DNA of 64,000 nucleotides from Tubulanus polymorphus (Eukaryota; Animalia; Nemertea): NCBI RefSeq assembly GCF_964204645.1, contig NC_134025.1, positions 1,302,001 to 1,366,000 of the forward strand, read 5' to 3'. Shown piece by piece: positions 1 to 13,358 of this stretch (position 1 is its first letter; each line of letters starts with the position of its first letter). The notes under the pieces were generated by a model. It saw only the letters and a program-made list of their open reading frames with translations, ran no database searches and was not told where the DNA came from. The position numbers and the translations under genes were made by a program.

Positions 1-177
1 GCAGTCACGTACAGCGAGGTTTATATAATTAATACTTATATATATATGAATATTTCAATATCGCCTTCTTCAAAAATAAATCATTTGAAATCTACAGTCG
101 TTTATAAGGAGAGGAATACTAATTGGAAAATGTCTGGTTTATTGGGATATATTAATTTCATTGCAGGAGTGTGAAAT

Positions 178-975
178 ATGAAGGTATTTATGATATTCGT
201 GGTTTTATTGGTTGTGGCTGAAAATGCGATCATTCCTGCGCCTACTGAGAACATACCGGCGCCAACATTCAGTAAGTCATACCCCGGTCTCAGTGAACTA
301 ATGAAGAAAAATTCTCCGATATGAAGTAAAACCAATATCAAGGATTTTCGTTTGAAATGCTATGAGCCACTTTCAAAAACGGATTTATTTTCTGAATATC
401 AGTTATGTGATGATTTTCTTCTTTGTTTGAATTAGACAGTCACGTGTCTATGGAATCAACTAAGTGTTAGTAATGTAAAATCCCGCAATGAAATAAAGAA
501 TAAAGTCTGGAAATATTTTTTTGTGCTAATAGGTTATTTCAACATTTCGATTATATCCGAAAAGTTATTTTCAGCAATCAGTATTGTTAATAGCTCAAAG
601 AAACATTTTGTTCATTAGTTTTTTCATTTTCATTTGAAGACATGACCGTATTATCGTTTCAACTCGGGACACAGGGTGCTTCATCAATGTTTATCAAATT
701 TAATTTTTTGAGATATCAACAAAATGTTATCCACTAATCGTCTAGTTTCAATTTCAAACATTGAATTCTATCTCTGTGTTTTAGATCACAAATTCATCGG
801 AGGTGTTTTACACCCCACGTCAGTGATGGGAAAGCGATCTTCGATTTTCGAAAAGATAAAACAAAGAAAGTAAGTGAAATATTTTCGAATTGATATCAAC
901 GTTTCTTTTTGAGCTGAATCTCTGAGAACAGTCAAATTGTGTGATCAACTTTTCCAACACAGCGCCCCAAAATAG
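178..975 (+). CDS. Small secreted pro-peptide (~63 aa) with GKR amidation/cleavage site; spliced
   Basis: Exon 178-271 (acceptor ttgcag at 161-166, donor gtaagt) encodes signal peptide MKVFMIFVVLLVVAENA plus IIPAPTENIPAPTF. Phase-compatible exon 785-869 encodes NHKFIGGVLHPTSVM-GKR-SSIFEKIKQR. The terminal exon is either 963-975 (NAPK*) or 1173-1185 (KCHE*). AATAAA at ~1264. Not in the ORF track. Confidence 0.6.
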
Positions 976-1639
976 TGTATGGAACAAGCTTCCGGTCAGT
1001 ATGCGTGCCATTTCATCTAGTGATGAATTTAGGAAGCTTTTTAAATGAGTAACTGTGTCAAAATATTCGGTGATTCAAATTTCAAAATATACATAAATAT
1101 AAAGATGCTATGACAAACAAATAGTCGTGTTGATCGCATTAGAATCTTGATCATTTATTTATGTATTTTCAGATGCCACGAATGATATATTGAGACAAAG
1201 GAAGCGGCGCTTCACATTGACGAATAGGGGAAAGAGTAACAAACAAAAAAAATGATTACGGCAAATAAAATATTTATTCGTGAACACGTTTTACTTTCAA
1301 TAACTCGTGTCGTCACGTATAGCTCCATTAGCAACCGATACAACCGGCTCCACGCTAGCCGATTTGCAAATCAGCATTTCTGGTGTGAACGAGCATTTTA
1401 TACATTTCTGATAAATAATCCTACGATATCGTTTCAAAACGCATATAAAATGACGTAGAACGCGAATGTATCAGCTACAGAGCCCCTTTATACTACTGGT
1501 ACTGGTACTAGTAATTTGACTCAAACTTTACCGACAACTAACTAGCCCTACAGTTATACAGTTCTGAATCAAGATCTAACTCACAGAGTTAACTCCAATT
1601 CGCAACTGTGGAACTAGAGATTCTGGTGAACTGTATCCC

Positions 1640-1760
1640 TGGACCCGGTTCCACAACAACTTACAGATCTGACTCCAAGCAATGATATTGATTTGGATTT
1701 GACATTGAAATGAACTGATTTTAACTCAATAACTTAGCCTACACCGTAAAACCGGGTCTT
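1640..1760. mobile_element. PIF/Harbinger-like MITE (degenerate)
   Basis: Imperfect TIRs ggacccggttcc...aaaccgggtct. Internal sequence is related to the copies at 5545-5735 and 52481-52589. Confidence 0.5.
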
Positions 1761-2421
1761 GGCTGTTAAGATAAGATTTTAAAGCTGTTTCGGAGACATA
1801 TGTAGTTTGAGTTCGAGACATTTCGAAGTGAAATTCGTTGGATCAAAACAATCCACTTGAATCGAGAAGTTTTAACAATGATCTTGAATCTATTTTCGCT
1901 GAGATGATGATGTGTTTACAACAGGTAATTTGTGTTGATTTCCTGTCGGTACTAATGATAACAGTCGTCCGTTTATAAGATCCCGCGTACACGACCGTCA
2001 TCATCATCTCCCTCTCTTTCCTAATTGCCAGTTTGTCATAAAAAATTTATCAGATTTTACTTTCATCAGCGTAATATCCATTCATAAACAAACATCAATA
2101 AACTCGCGCGGACTAATGACATCGTTTATAGGAGAAAAAACCGAATGATATCCTATAACAGCCGATAATATCACAACTGATGAATTATTCTATAGATCTC
2201 GCTGTATTTGTTATTTTGAAATTAATTCTGGGCAAGATGGAATTTGTCGATTTTGTGTTCGCACTCGTTGCACGGCGCTGAAACGAGTTGCGGCCATCGC
2301 GTGAACAGTGGAAACTAATACACGACTCGAGCGACAACTAATTCCGCTATTAGAACAGAACGAGAGGTTGACAACAGGGATTTGATCACTCGGTCACATG
2401 AATTATTTTTCAACGGTTACA

Positions 2422-3476
2422 ATGATTCGGTTTTTACTCGTGTTGTTTTTCGGAGCTTGTTTCGCATCAGGTAGGATATTAGTTTTTCCCGACTTAAATC
2501 CTTACGGTTGCAAAGTAATTTTTTTTCTAAAATATTCTAACACGGGGAACCCCTCTTGCGGCCTTCAGCGTGGCTACTTAATCCACGATTCTTATTTTCG
2601 GCTCCCACCTAGATCCACCCTTGACATTTTCCTCATTTTTTCACTCACTTCAACAACGTGATAAATGTCATCATAATTGTTATCATAGTCTTATCTTTAT
2701 TCTGTAGTCATGTCTTTATCTCATAATCAAATCGAGTTTTATAGCGATACTTATATCTTTATTTTGAAGTCACAATCGACATTATGGTAAAAAAATATGG
2801 CGATATCATATCATGGACATGAAAAGAACCTTGTTTTGTATATTCATTAATGTTACCGTTAGGAAGAGTATTGAAATATTTACAGACAAAGTTTTGTTCA
2901 AACTATTATCGCTTTATTGTTGTCTTACTTTTCCGTGCATCTCACGTGGAAAATTGCGAACACATGATCGACAATGAAAATGATGTACGCTGATTGCACA
3001 TTTCAATTTGTGAATGCAAAATGCGTAAACAAAGGTTACCCTAACGGTTCTGAAGGGATGTTATTGAACGCACCCACGGGAAACCGTTGCTGCGTGAATT
3101 CCAATATCGCCACTAATTCTTATTTTATACTAGAAGGCATTTTTTACGAATTTGCGCTCGGGTTTGGAATTAATTTCTAAAAGCATTCGAATATAGTAAA
3201 GATTTTAGTATGTTCTGCTTGGATGACTCAGGGAGTGATAAACTACTGTTATAAAAAACGGTTCTGTAGACACGGAGGAGTGAATGAAAGCAACATTCTG
3301 TTGCTGGTTATTTGAAAAAAAAATAAATACTACAGTTTGTTGGTGTAGCTTGGCCATCGTATTGTGTAGATTTGAAGTCTCCCTTGAGTTGAACCTTTCA
3401 TTTAACAACTCATTAAAATAAGTTTGAGTCTCAAAACTTCGTGTCATCATGTATTGACAAAAAGGACCTCGTCCCT

Positions 3477-3522
<46 letters not shown>

Positions 3523-6500
3523 GTCCGATTGCGCCACAGAGACAGTTGACAACAACCGGTCACCGAATTGGAACGGTCGTCAATTTTCACCATGTTCAAA
3601 ATTATGATTTAAAGTAAAGTGTACAAGATGCAGAATACAAAATACGGTAAATTAGACTTGGGGATGTCTGTAAAAACTACGAAATAGATTGTATAAAACG
3701 GGTCCCTCAAAAACAGAACAAAGTGAAGAAGAAAAAAAGATAAATGTAAAAACACATTTATTTTTTATAACATGTTTCAAACACGCTGCGCCATTTCTAT
3801 GGAAATTCGATTTCAAATCATTTGATACAATGGAAATAAAGTTCACCCTTCAGGTTTTGCGGAGAGAATCTTAATTTTACAGTGCACACAATTACTTGAA
3901 CTTCAAGAATTTTCTGCACTTGCTTTTTCCGATTATTGTACCACTATACCGAATTCCTGTAATAATATTATTCGCGATAATAATATATAGGTTTTTCGGT
4001 GGAATGGCTTTTAGTTAATCAAACCGCTTATGAAGGTTTCATGACTACTTCACCTCCATATATAATACATATTGACAGCTACATTCAATTGACGCAGTTA
4101 TTCTTCGCCTGAACTTTACAATAAACGAACAGTTTCCTAATGAAGTGTTGGGTAATATTGTTTTTATGGGTTGCGTGCGATTTGATATCCACCAATATTC
4201 CGTATTTTTATTTACACGCAATATCGCTACTGCTGCTGCTGCTGCTGCTGCTGTAAGTGTAACTGTACGCGACGTGTCCAGTTAGAATGGTTTATAGATT
4301 TAATACCATAAAAGTACCTGCTCTCTCCCTCTCTCTCCAATCAATGGAAAATACGACATAGAATAAATGGAAAGGGCAAGAAAAGCCTGTTATAAGAAAC
4401 AAATCCAATTATACGACTCTTTACGAATATACTTCAGATATTCTAATTATCCAGTTAACAATGGATCCTTGATGAATGTTCATTAAAATTTTGTTTGAAT
4501 TCGTGTAAATATTTTATGCAGTTGAACAGTAATTCATTAATTCATTAATTTTGTCGTACATATGAAAGACGAATTCTTCAAGTTTGAAATTTCGCATTCA
4601 ATGTTTGTTACGCACTAGGTTCTCATGCACTAATTAGAATGAATTCGTGTTTTTTAATAACGTTGTTTATATATTTTGAAACGATACAATGTGAACTTGT
4701 GCGGATATTTTATCGCCACTGATTTGAATGTAACGATAAATCAAATCTTAACCTAACAATAATGTAGTAGTAATGGTATAATTCACGCGATTGCTCTTAC
4801 AATGAAACCACTATATAATGTATACATATCATACGGTTGCGCTTATTCGATCAGAAAATAATTCATATGTTGCTACGAACTTTATTGATAACTGATAGAA
4901 ACATATTTCTTTCGTAAACGTTGTAACGGCGATATAAAACCTCTGACAAAAAGATTTTAAAAAAATAATAAAAATGAAAAAATAGAATAAAAATAGTCAA
5001 AAGTGTTTCCAGGAGCTATTAGTTTCAACGTTTCGGTTGAGTCATAACGGGAAAAAGTCGAAACGTTGAAAGAAACTACTACCAGGTCGAGAAAAAAATT
5101 TTCATTTCTATTGTGGGATTTTGCATTATGTATCAACTGATCGATGTTGACAAAATGGCGGTGCGTCGTACAGCGAGAGAAGTACTTCTAATAGAGGAAA
5201 CCAAGGCAGGAGTGATGACCAATGTAGTCCTACCCCATATCCAGTTTAATGCATAATCACTTACAAAACGTGTAATTCTATTACTTTTAGATTTTCTGTC
5301 AAAACTAGATGTTGATTGTGACGGGAATGACAATTTGAACAGTACTTTATTGCCCGGATGGAATTTGACGTCTTGTCAAGCACAGTGTTCATTACACACA
5401 CATTGTTCGTGCGTCAAGTGGGAAAATACTAGTCAGAATTGTGTTCTATATTTCGAACCATGTTCTGTAATCAATTCTTCAATGGCGACTGTTTTCCTCC
5501 TGAAGAAAGGTAAAGTATTACAAGTTCTCTCAGAAAATACAGCACTCAGTCACACAGTTATCGGTTAAGATTGACACAAGAGTTACAATTAGTTCATTTC
5601 CAATGTTTTGACTTAAGAGTCAATTCTAGCCGACTACTGTGAAACTGACTGGGTTACTGAGTTAAAACTTCAGTTCGAGTTCATTCGCAATGAGTTAATT
5701 CTGAGTCTGGACTCAGAATTCACGGAAGTGGGTCCTACGTATTTCAGGATTAATTCTATTATTCACATTTTTTTCATATTTTCAAATACAGATATCGAAC
5801 AATATAGACTAGTCGAAGCGATTTGTGAAAGCGGAAGCGGAAGTGACGTCACGATTCTAGATTACGTCACCAATCGTAAATGCGCGGCGATTTGCGACGA
5901 AAGCGCCATCTGCCGGTCGTTTGTGTACAACCTGACAGCGATGCGTTGCTATTTAAAAAACGCGACCTGTTATTCTAATACCCAGAATTCCGGTGATGAA
6001 TACACGTATGATAAAACTGGTAGGTCTTTTCCAGTAACAAAAATAGATTCAATTTAATGTTGATTTGTAAAAGACCGCGAAGATAGGTAGGACTTAGTAG
6101 TAGAAATCACGGGTTTTCCGGCTAGTAGAGACTGAGTATTGTAGCACGAATAAAACTCGAATAAAATCATGTTAACCTCCAAAATACAACTGATAGATTC
6201 GATATGACGTCAACACGGCTCATCTTCTCGTCAACGATATTCATGATAATCCACGGTTTCATTTTAAATCGATTTAGGAATTTTTGTGAAATTGGGCCAA
6301 ACGTTGTTAACTGTGTACCATCCCCTCCCCGTTGAGAATTGACTGTAGGTTCACTATAATCAATTATAAATACTTGGTCGTGACTTTTGTTTCAGCTATT
6401 ACTGGTTTAACCGCCCAGACTTCTTACTGTAGTTGGAATCTAAAGCAGAATAAATACTTGACAAATAGAGTTGGATTGTTCGAATGTCAAGAACGTTGTT

Positions 6501-9500
6501 TGTCCGATAATCAATGTATCGGTTTCGAATGGGATTCCAGAGATGGTTTATCTGTTTGCTCGTTCAAAGCTATTGAATGTATGCATTTAGTGTCCGCATC
6601 TAGTTTCTATACATTTAACAAGGGTATGTATCTGATTGGATGATAGTTTTAAGCTTACATTTTAATCTGATCGGTTCGTCTAACTTTAATTTCGTTGTCG
6701 TCGTAAATTCGTAGAGATATAAACTATTGATATCTTAATCATTTACCTGTCCGGCATCTTCTCACAGCAACAAACTGAATTGAAATCCTTGCAAATCGGT
6801 TTGTGTCATTTTACGGGAAACCTTCTTTGGTAACACTACGATGGTAACCAATGCCAGAGAGGTTTTTCTATCTCGGAGTGGCCTCGATGGCAGTGTTAGT
6901 AACGGGGGCGGCTAGAAATCGTGTGATCACGATATTGAAGAAGGTAGCTATGCAGTCAAACTCGGAGGAGTCGTCATCCAATAAATCGTCACATTATCGA
7001 CGACAATGTCTCAACTTTTGAGTCCAGATTTGTATTTGCAATTCAATTGTACTAATCAAGTGTAGGTTGCTATTTTGGATGATAATTCTTCGACACAATG
7101 ATTGTCACAACTATTAGGCGGGTTACACGGTATTCTAAAAGGAAACGATCTTTAAGTAACATGTTTTTTTTTCTATTAACAGTGATACATGATTATCTAC
7201 GTACGGATGGTATGAATTGTGACGGAGCGTCGGTTTATGCTGAGAGTTCTGTAAACGCTTTTGAATGTCGCGATTTATGTAACGCTGATTTGCAATGCGT
7301 GGCGTTTACTGTCGCTCTGACGTCAGGTGTCGACTGTAGGCTCTACACCAGTACCTGCCAATATTACAAAACAGACCAATCGAAAATCTTCTATCAGAAT
7401 TTGAGTAAGTCGAAGTTTTTGGAAGGACTGTTATAGATAAAAGCGAAATGAATGAGATTTTTGAGACCAGGGTCCAGTTTCACAAAAAGTAGTCATAATA
7501 GCAAAAGAATCCCACAATATAAAACGAAAAAGATCGAAATCTGCTAATTTTGAATTATTTTGATTTTAATTTTGATTTTTATACGGTAGCCATAATTCTC
7601 TGATACCAAGCATATCCCCCTCTATAGCTCAACTTATGATAATAGTGCTGCAGTGGTTGTAAGGGAATTTACAATTAAGTCCAGACTACTCGCTATAATT
7701 ACAATAATAACTGATACAATGTGTCCTCAAATTGAACGTTATTTCATCTATTGTTTATCGGGTTCAAAATTGAATCGCGTCACCACGGACCCGTGTTTAC
7801 TCGTAAAAGCCTCTAATGGACAGAATAATGAATAACTATGCGTTATTGAAAGATGCAAGTTCGTCAAAATTATTGGAAAATTCATGGCTAGGAATAGAGC
7901 ATCAATAGCTATGGAATTCAATCGTTCATTAATACAATCAATACATCGGTTGCATATTTGATCTATCGATCGTGGTTGTGAAAAGAGACATTTTCTGAGT
8001 AAAATCGATGAAAATGCGTAGAATTAAAAGCGCAGTTTAAACAAATTTTATAAAGACTGAAAAGGAAATTTCTTCATTATTTGAAAGTAAGAATAAAAAA
8101 CGACTGTTTCTCGTCCATTACACCCAACGATAGTCTCTAGAGAAACGTCGCATGTTTTGGTTAAACATTTTAATGAATTTTAATTTCATTTCTCCACGTT
8201 TGGGGGGCGGGGGGTGGTTACTACGGATACTTATATTTCTGTTCGTTGTATCCTTTTTCAGATTCTGAACGGTATTTTTTGCGGCGAAAAAGCTGCACGC
8301 TTCCTGCTGAGAACGTCATTTCAACATATCATAATTATACGATTAGTAATTGTAAAACACAGTGTCGACTGGATTCGAGATGTCAGAGTTTTATTATAAC
8401 CTACACGAACTCGAATATAACGTGTATTATTTATAATGAAACGTGTTCATCGTTTTCATACGAACAGAACTCTATACATTTCGATGTCGTTGAAGGTAAA
8501 CTCAAGAATGTAATAGATATTTGACTATTTTCATTAAAATCTTAGATCATTAGAAATAATAAGGTGAATAATAGAAATTATTCCGTAATTCCATTGAATT
8601 GAGTTCACGACGCTTCGGCTGTTGACTAACAGCTATAATCATCGGTAAAAGTTGGATAAACTGGGACCAGTTTCACGAAAAGGATTACGGCCTAAATCGA
8701 TTTAAGATTAACTGAATTAATGAGGAAATTAAATCGATTTAAGAGTTAAACCTGTTAGTGAAACTGGGCCCTGGGGTTTATTTCTAAATATGGTATGGGT
8801 ACTTTATTATGCACTGAGTTTACATTTTTATCTGATTAATTCTAGGACAATATCAGGAGTATACTCGTTACAATGGTTACTGTAAAGAGAGCGGAGGACT
8901 TTATCATATCCTACCGTTAGAAACCATCTCGATGCATCGATGTAAACTGCTCTGCGATAACACTCCGCTGTGCGTCCGGTTCGCAGTCCGCATGAGCGCC
9001 ATAGAGACCGCTTGTCTTTTATACGCAAAACGCTGTCCGGACACGACTCTGGCTCGACCGACCATGAAATGGTTGAAAAAAGCGTACAACTTCAATTTCG
9101 GTTATAACAGTAAAAGTGAGCGGAATTTCTAGACGAAATCCATCCTGAAAATGATTCCCCAATCTACCCAGTTAACTAATATAATTACATAAAATTCCAC
9201 AATAGTAAGACTCAGAAATGTTTCCTTGAGCTTATTTCTATTCGACGTTTTGACTTAATCCTAAATGAAGTACATTTTAGCCCAAGGAAACACAAACAGA
9301 TCAAACATATATGATATGATAACTAAAATCTCACACTATGAATGAAATGAGTCTAAAATGCTTCAGATAGTAGTTTATTCAACATGTCGATTTTATCCTA
9401 ATGGTCATCTTCAGCTGCTGGAATATGTAATGAAATTTGATATGTATTTTCAGGTGCTGATTCACTATCGGAATCGTATAACGCGATATATGACGTCAAA

Positions 9501-11304
9501 CCGAACAAGCCTCATGTAGTAATAGCGGATGTTTCGGATATGTTGATCTGTCGTGCTGCCTGTGACGCGGATATTTCGTGTCTAGCATTTCATTTAACCG
9601 CTGCTACCTCGCAATGTTTCCATTATACCGAACCGTATTCATATACATCGACTACTACAGAATTTATATTTTACGAAAAAATAGGTATTCAGTAATCATT
9701 TGAATATGAATTACATTAATCCAACAGAGAATATAAAACGAGGGATACGTGAATCCCGTATACTGCGCCCACATCGGTGATTACGGCCGAATCTGAATCT
9801 TAGTAAGGACGGGTTGGCGGTCTATCAGGGGAAGTGAGGATATCGGAAGTAAACTTTAATTTGTGTCATAGATTTGGCATCATTTCTTCCCAGAAAGATC
9901 CTGGCGGACCGGCGATATCGGGGGTTGAAATTTATCCTTTTCTAACGATATATATGAAAACAGATTTCTAGTTAATTTTGGTAGATTTTCTAAGTTTGTT
10001 GAAGACGTTTTTGTTGTTTTTCTTTAACAGAAGTTGAAGATTATCATATTCGTGTTGGAGGATGCAACGAAACCAATTCACTACAAGTAATATCGAATAC
10101 GTCGATATATTCGTGTAAAACAGCGTGTGACAATCACATCAATTGTCGGGTATTTTTCTATAAGATGAAGCTAAGATCGTGTGCACTGCGACAATTGAAC
10201 TGTCAAATACAACAGCTAATCCTCTCATCAACTCCGGTTTATATGTACGAAAATATATGTAAGTAATAAACGAATAAATACTGATCTGATGCGAGTTAAA
10301 CTGATAGACAAACAGAAATCACACCCTAGAAGTCTAAGAGAAATAATAAATGTAAGTTGATTAGACTGAGACCATAACGAAAGCTCGTACTACAAATAAT
10401 AAATCTAGTTAACACTTTAAAAGAATAAAACTGCGTTCGGCCGTGCTGACCAGAGAACAGAAATAAATAGTCTCTGTGGACCCGGCTCTACTGTTTTTGC
10501 TTAAGATTCTACGATTAAAACGTTCGAAATGAACTTACTCCAACGCTATAAACAATCGTCAATATAACTATCGAACTGGGCACTAATAAAACTGGATCAA
10601 GCTGGCCAACATTCCAGCCGATTTCTAAATCATTTCCCATTAAATTCTATCAGTAACAAACCTTAATCGTAAGTAATTCGTACCCCATTGATTCCCATTG
10701 TGTTGTCTCTTTTTTAGTTCAATCAAACTTCACTCGTAAAGATGACACGATTTGCTCAAATCCCGCCAATTCACCGATAAACAGAGCGACAGTTTTGATG
10801 TCGGATGAATGCCGTTCGCTTTGCGCAACTTCGTCGAATTGTTTAGAATTCGACTACACAGCCGACACGACTAATACCCTGAAAACAACGGATAATTGTA
10901 ACTTGTACGACACTAAATGTACATCATTGAAAGTCGTAGACGATATTCTCCCGTTACGTCATTATTACTACGCCGTTCCAATAGGTCAGTATCTCTGTAT
11001 GATCGATTAACTTCCTCTTTTTGTACTCCTCCCCGCGGTTCGATCCTACCATCCTGAATCGGAATAGGTATGTGGATATGGGCGGTGTAACCTCGTAATT
11101 CAGAGCCGGTCGCACATTCGGTCTGGCACTAAGGTTAGATAGCTGGAGACGTATATTATTAGTTCTATTGAGTCAAACTTTAATCTAGAATCGTGTAACG
11201 GAATCCTGTTCTCAAAAGCGGTAAGTAATTCATGTATGTTTTAATACGCAAACACTTGATTTTCTACAGCGAGTTCATTTTCAGCCAGTTTGTGTAGAGG
11301 GTAA
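2422..11304 (+). CDS. Secreted multi-PAN/Apple-domain protein (signal peptide + 9 PAN domains, ~736 aa)
   Basis: Exons 2422-2470 (signal peptide MIRFLLVLFFGACFAS), 5291-5509, 5792-6019, 6396-6623, 7183-7404, 8262-8495, 8846-9115, 9454-9684, 10031-10258, 10718-10984, 11270-11304. All introns are GT-AG, phase 1. Each internal exon carries the PAN pattern CxxxC-x5-C-xx-F/W/aromatic...C-x-L/aromatic (e.g. KCAAICDESAICRSFVY...CYLK). The 3' end is uncertain because a gtaagt donor overlaps the TAA. Confidence 0.85.
3470..3543 (-). tRNA. trnN-GTT: tRNA-Asn (anticodon GTT)
   Basis: Reverse complement GTCTCTGTGGCGCAATCGGACAGCGCGTTCGGCTGTTAACCGAAAGGTTGGTGGTTCAAGCCCACCCAGGGACG is the canonical metazoan tRNA-Asn with intact A and B boxes. 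A T5 Pol III terminator lies just downstream (3459-3463). Confidence 0.97.
5545..5736. mobile_element. Two adjacent degenerate MITE copies (same family as 52481-52589)
   Basis: Shared core agttcatttccaatg/gagttaa and a ctgtgaaactg TIR end. Confidence 0.45.
8664..8770. mobile_element. PIF/Harbinger-like MITE
   Basis: TIRs ggaccagtttcac / gtgaaactgggcc flanked by a CTG target-site duplication. A partial inverted copy of the internal sequence lies at ~18600-18645. Confidence 0.65.
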
Positions 11305-11522
11305 GTCCACCACAACATTTTCAATGAGGAGCCTCCAAAAACCATAGAGAAACACCTGGTTTTTTATTACGAAATACGCATCCCGGTACTTTATTTTACA
11401 AAATCTTATCAAATACACGATCGAGGAAGTAAAATTATTATCACAAAACTTCCATGATTGAAAACACGTTTAATAAGACACGATTCATTCAGGATCAGAC
11501 GCAGAAACCTCATCTTCAGAAT

Positions 11523-13120
11523 TTAATGGATTTTCGACACCTGCAAAAGAGAAACAACAGTAAAATCAATGACAAACAAATAATAGACAATTATAGATCT
11601 AAAGTCTGAAATATCTACCGTCGCTAAGAAACTATCGGCTGCTGAAGACACAAATTGTTCTTTGGTGAGGATTCCACTAGATCGATCTCCACTCGCCTAC
11701 AAACATAATTAGAATTCCTCTATTTCACTATGAACTCTAAAACAATTGACTTTACGAGTCCGTGTTTTCATTCGGGACGATCGTTTAGTTTACTGGGACG
11801 ACACGGAATCTTACCTGGTGCAAAGCCGTTGAAATTTTGTCCGGTGCAAGATTAAATGCCGTGGCGATATTCAGTACAACTCTATAGAAGATAATAACAA
11901 GGGTTGAAACACGGAATAATGGAGGCCAAATTGATGAACTGAAACCGATTCAAAACCTACGATGTAGATTTATTTTTGTTGATATTTTGATTAATCGATT
12001 CTTTCAAATTTCCCAATACAGCTTCGCACAATGATTTGTTTGCTCGACCGGTTTCACGCAGATCCAAACATTTAAATAATTCTTCCGATTCTTTCAAAAA
12101 ATCTGCAAAACAAGATTTCAAACATTTTTTTATAGTTATTTATGTTCCGAAGCTATTAACAATTAAGATTAACTTCTTCTTTCACTTGCTTGTTTTTGTT
12201 TTCGACCAAGTAACGTACCTTTCATGATATAACATGTAGTTACTGAGGTCCTGAATACAGGAAACTGAATCGCTTCCCAGGGACGGCATTGCAACTTCGC
12301 TAATAGCTTATCGGTGATTGAACCAGGGATACCCCTAAACAAATGAATTACTATTTGATTTATTTTCCCATTGAAAATTTCAAAATTATATTAAGGATAG
12401 TTTTAATACCTGCAAATAGCGTTGATTAGCGCCATAAAACTCTCACCATTGATTCCTCTGAGGCCTTTTGCAACTTCAAAAAGATTAGAAAACATTAGTT
12501 TTATCAATCGGACAAAAAATGTGTGTTGCTTCAATTCTAACAAAATCGAATAGTACCTTTCTTAGAGTTGAGTGTTTCATATGCTAATCGTACATTCGTT
12601 TCGAAAACTGGTTTTGAAAAATGTGTAAGATTTAATTGTTGAAATGCTTTGGTTACGAGATCGTGATTGTTGTCGAATGAGTCAAAACTGTAAAAAAGGC
12701 AATGGGTGAGGTTTGACAACCAGTGATTGTATCGAAAAAATGGAAATTGCAAACTGATATAATATCTTACTAGTCAGCGAGAAAAGAAATTGGGTCTTTG
12801 GGTCGGTTTTCGAGTATTTTCGCAAGTGCATCACGTATTTGAGCACTCGCACCCGTGCGATCTACAACAGAAAAATATACAGACCGTCAACTGCTGCCCT
12901 CTATGACTGCTACATTGTTTACATCGGCAACCATGTCAACAAAATTCTTCCAAAAATTACTTTGCAGTGTTTACACAATTATGAAAGAGCCATAAAACTT
13001 CAGATATTGTTTTAAGACAAATTATGAGATGAATTAAGATCCAAAAGGAAACAAACCTAAGAATTGTCGATCATTTTCCGGCGCTGTGTTATCAGAATGT
13101 AGTTTCCTCTTGTCGGCCAT
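11523..13120 (-). CDS. TPGS1: Tubulin polyglutamylase complex subunit 1 (PGs1); 9 exons
   Basis: Spliced translation MADKRKLHSDNTAPENDRQFLDRTGASAQIRDALAKILENRPKDPISFLADYF...AFQQLNLTHFSKPVFETNVRLAYETL...LLAKLQCRPWEAIQFPVFR...LTKEQFVSSAADSFLATVSKIH*. It shows the RIIa-like RPxDPIxFLAxYF motif and is collinear with recalled TPGS1. First exons are 13120-13057, 12861-12771 and 12687-12557. Confidence 0.9.
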
Positions 13121-13358
13121 GTCTACCAGATGGCAGCACCGTCGATATCAAAGAATACCAGCCAGAGATGTTTATATAGAAAACTTTATTTAAAAATTTG
13201 TTTATAAATAGGAATGAATTAAATATTGTTGCGACTTAGAATTCTTATCTAAAGTCACATACAGTTTAGACTAACTTCATAAATTCTAATCAATTACTGT
13301 ACTTTAAATAATTGCAACAAAATACAAATTCGATACATTAATGATATATCATATTGAT

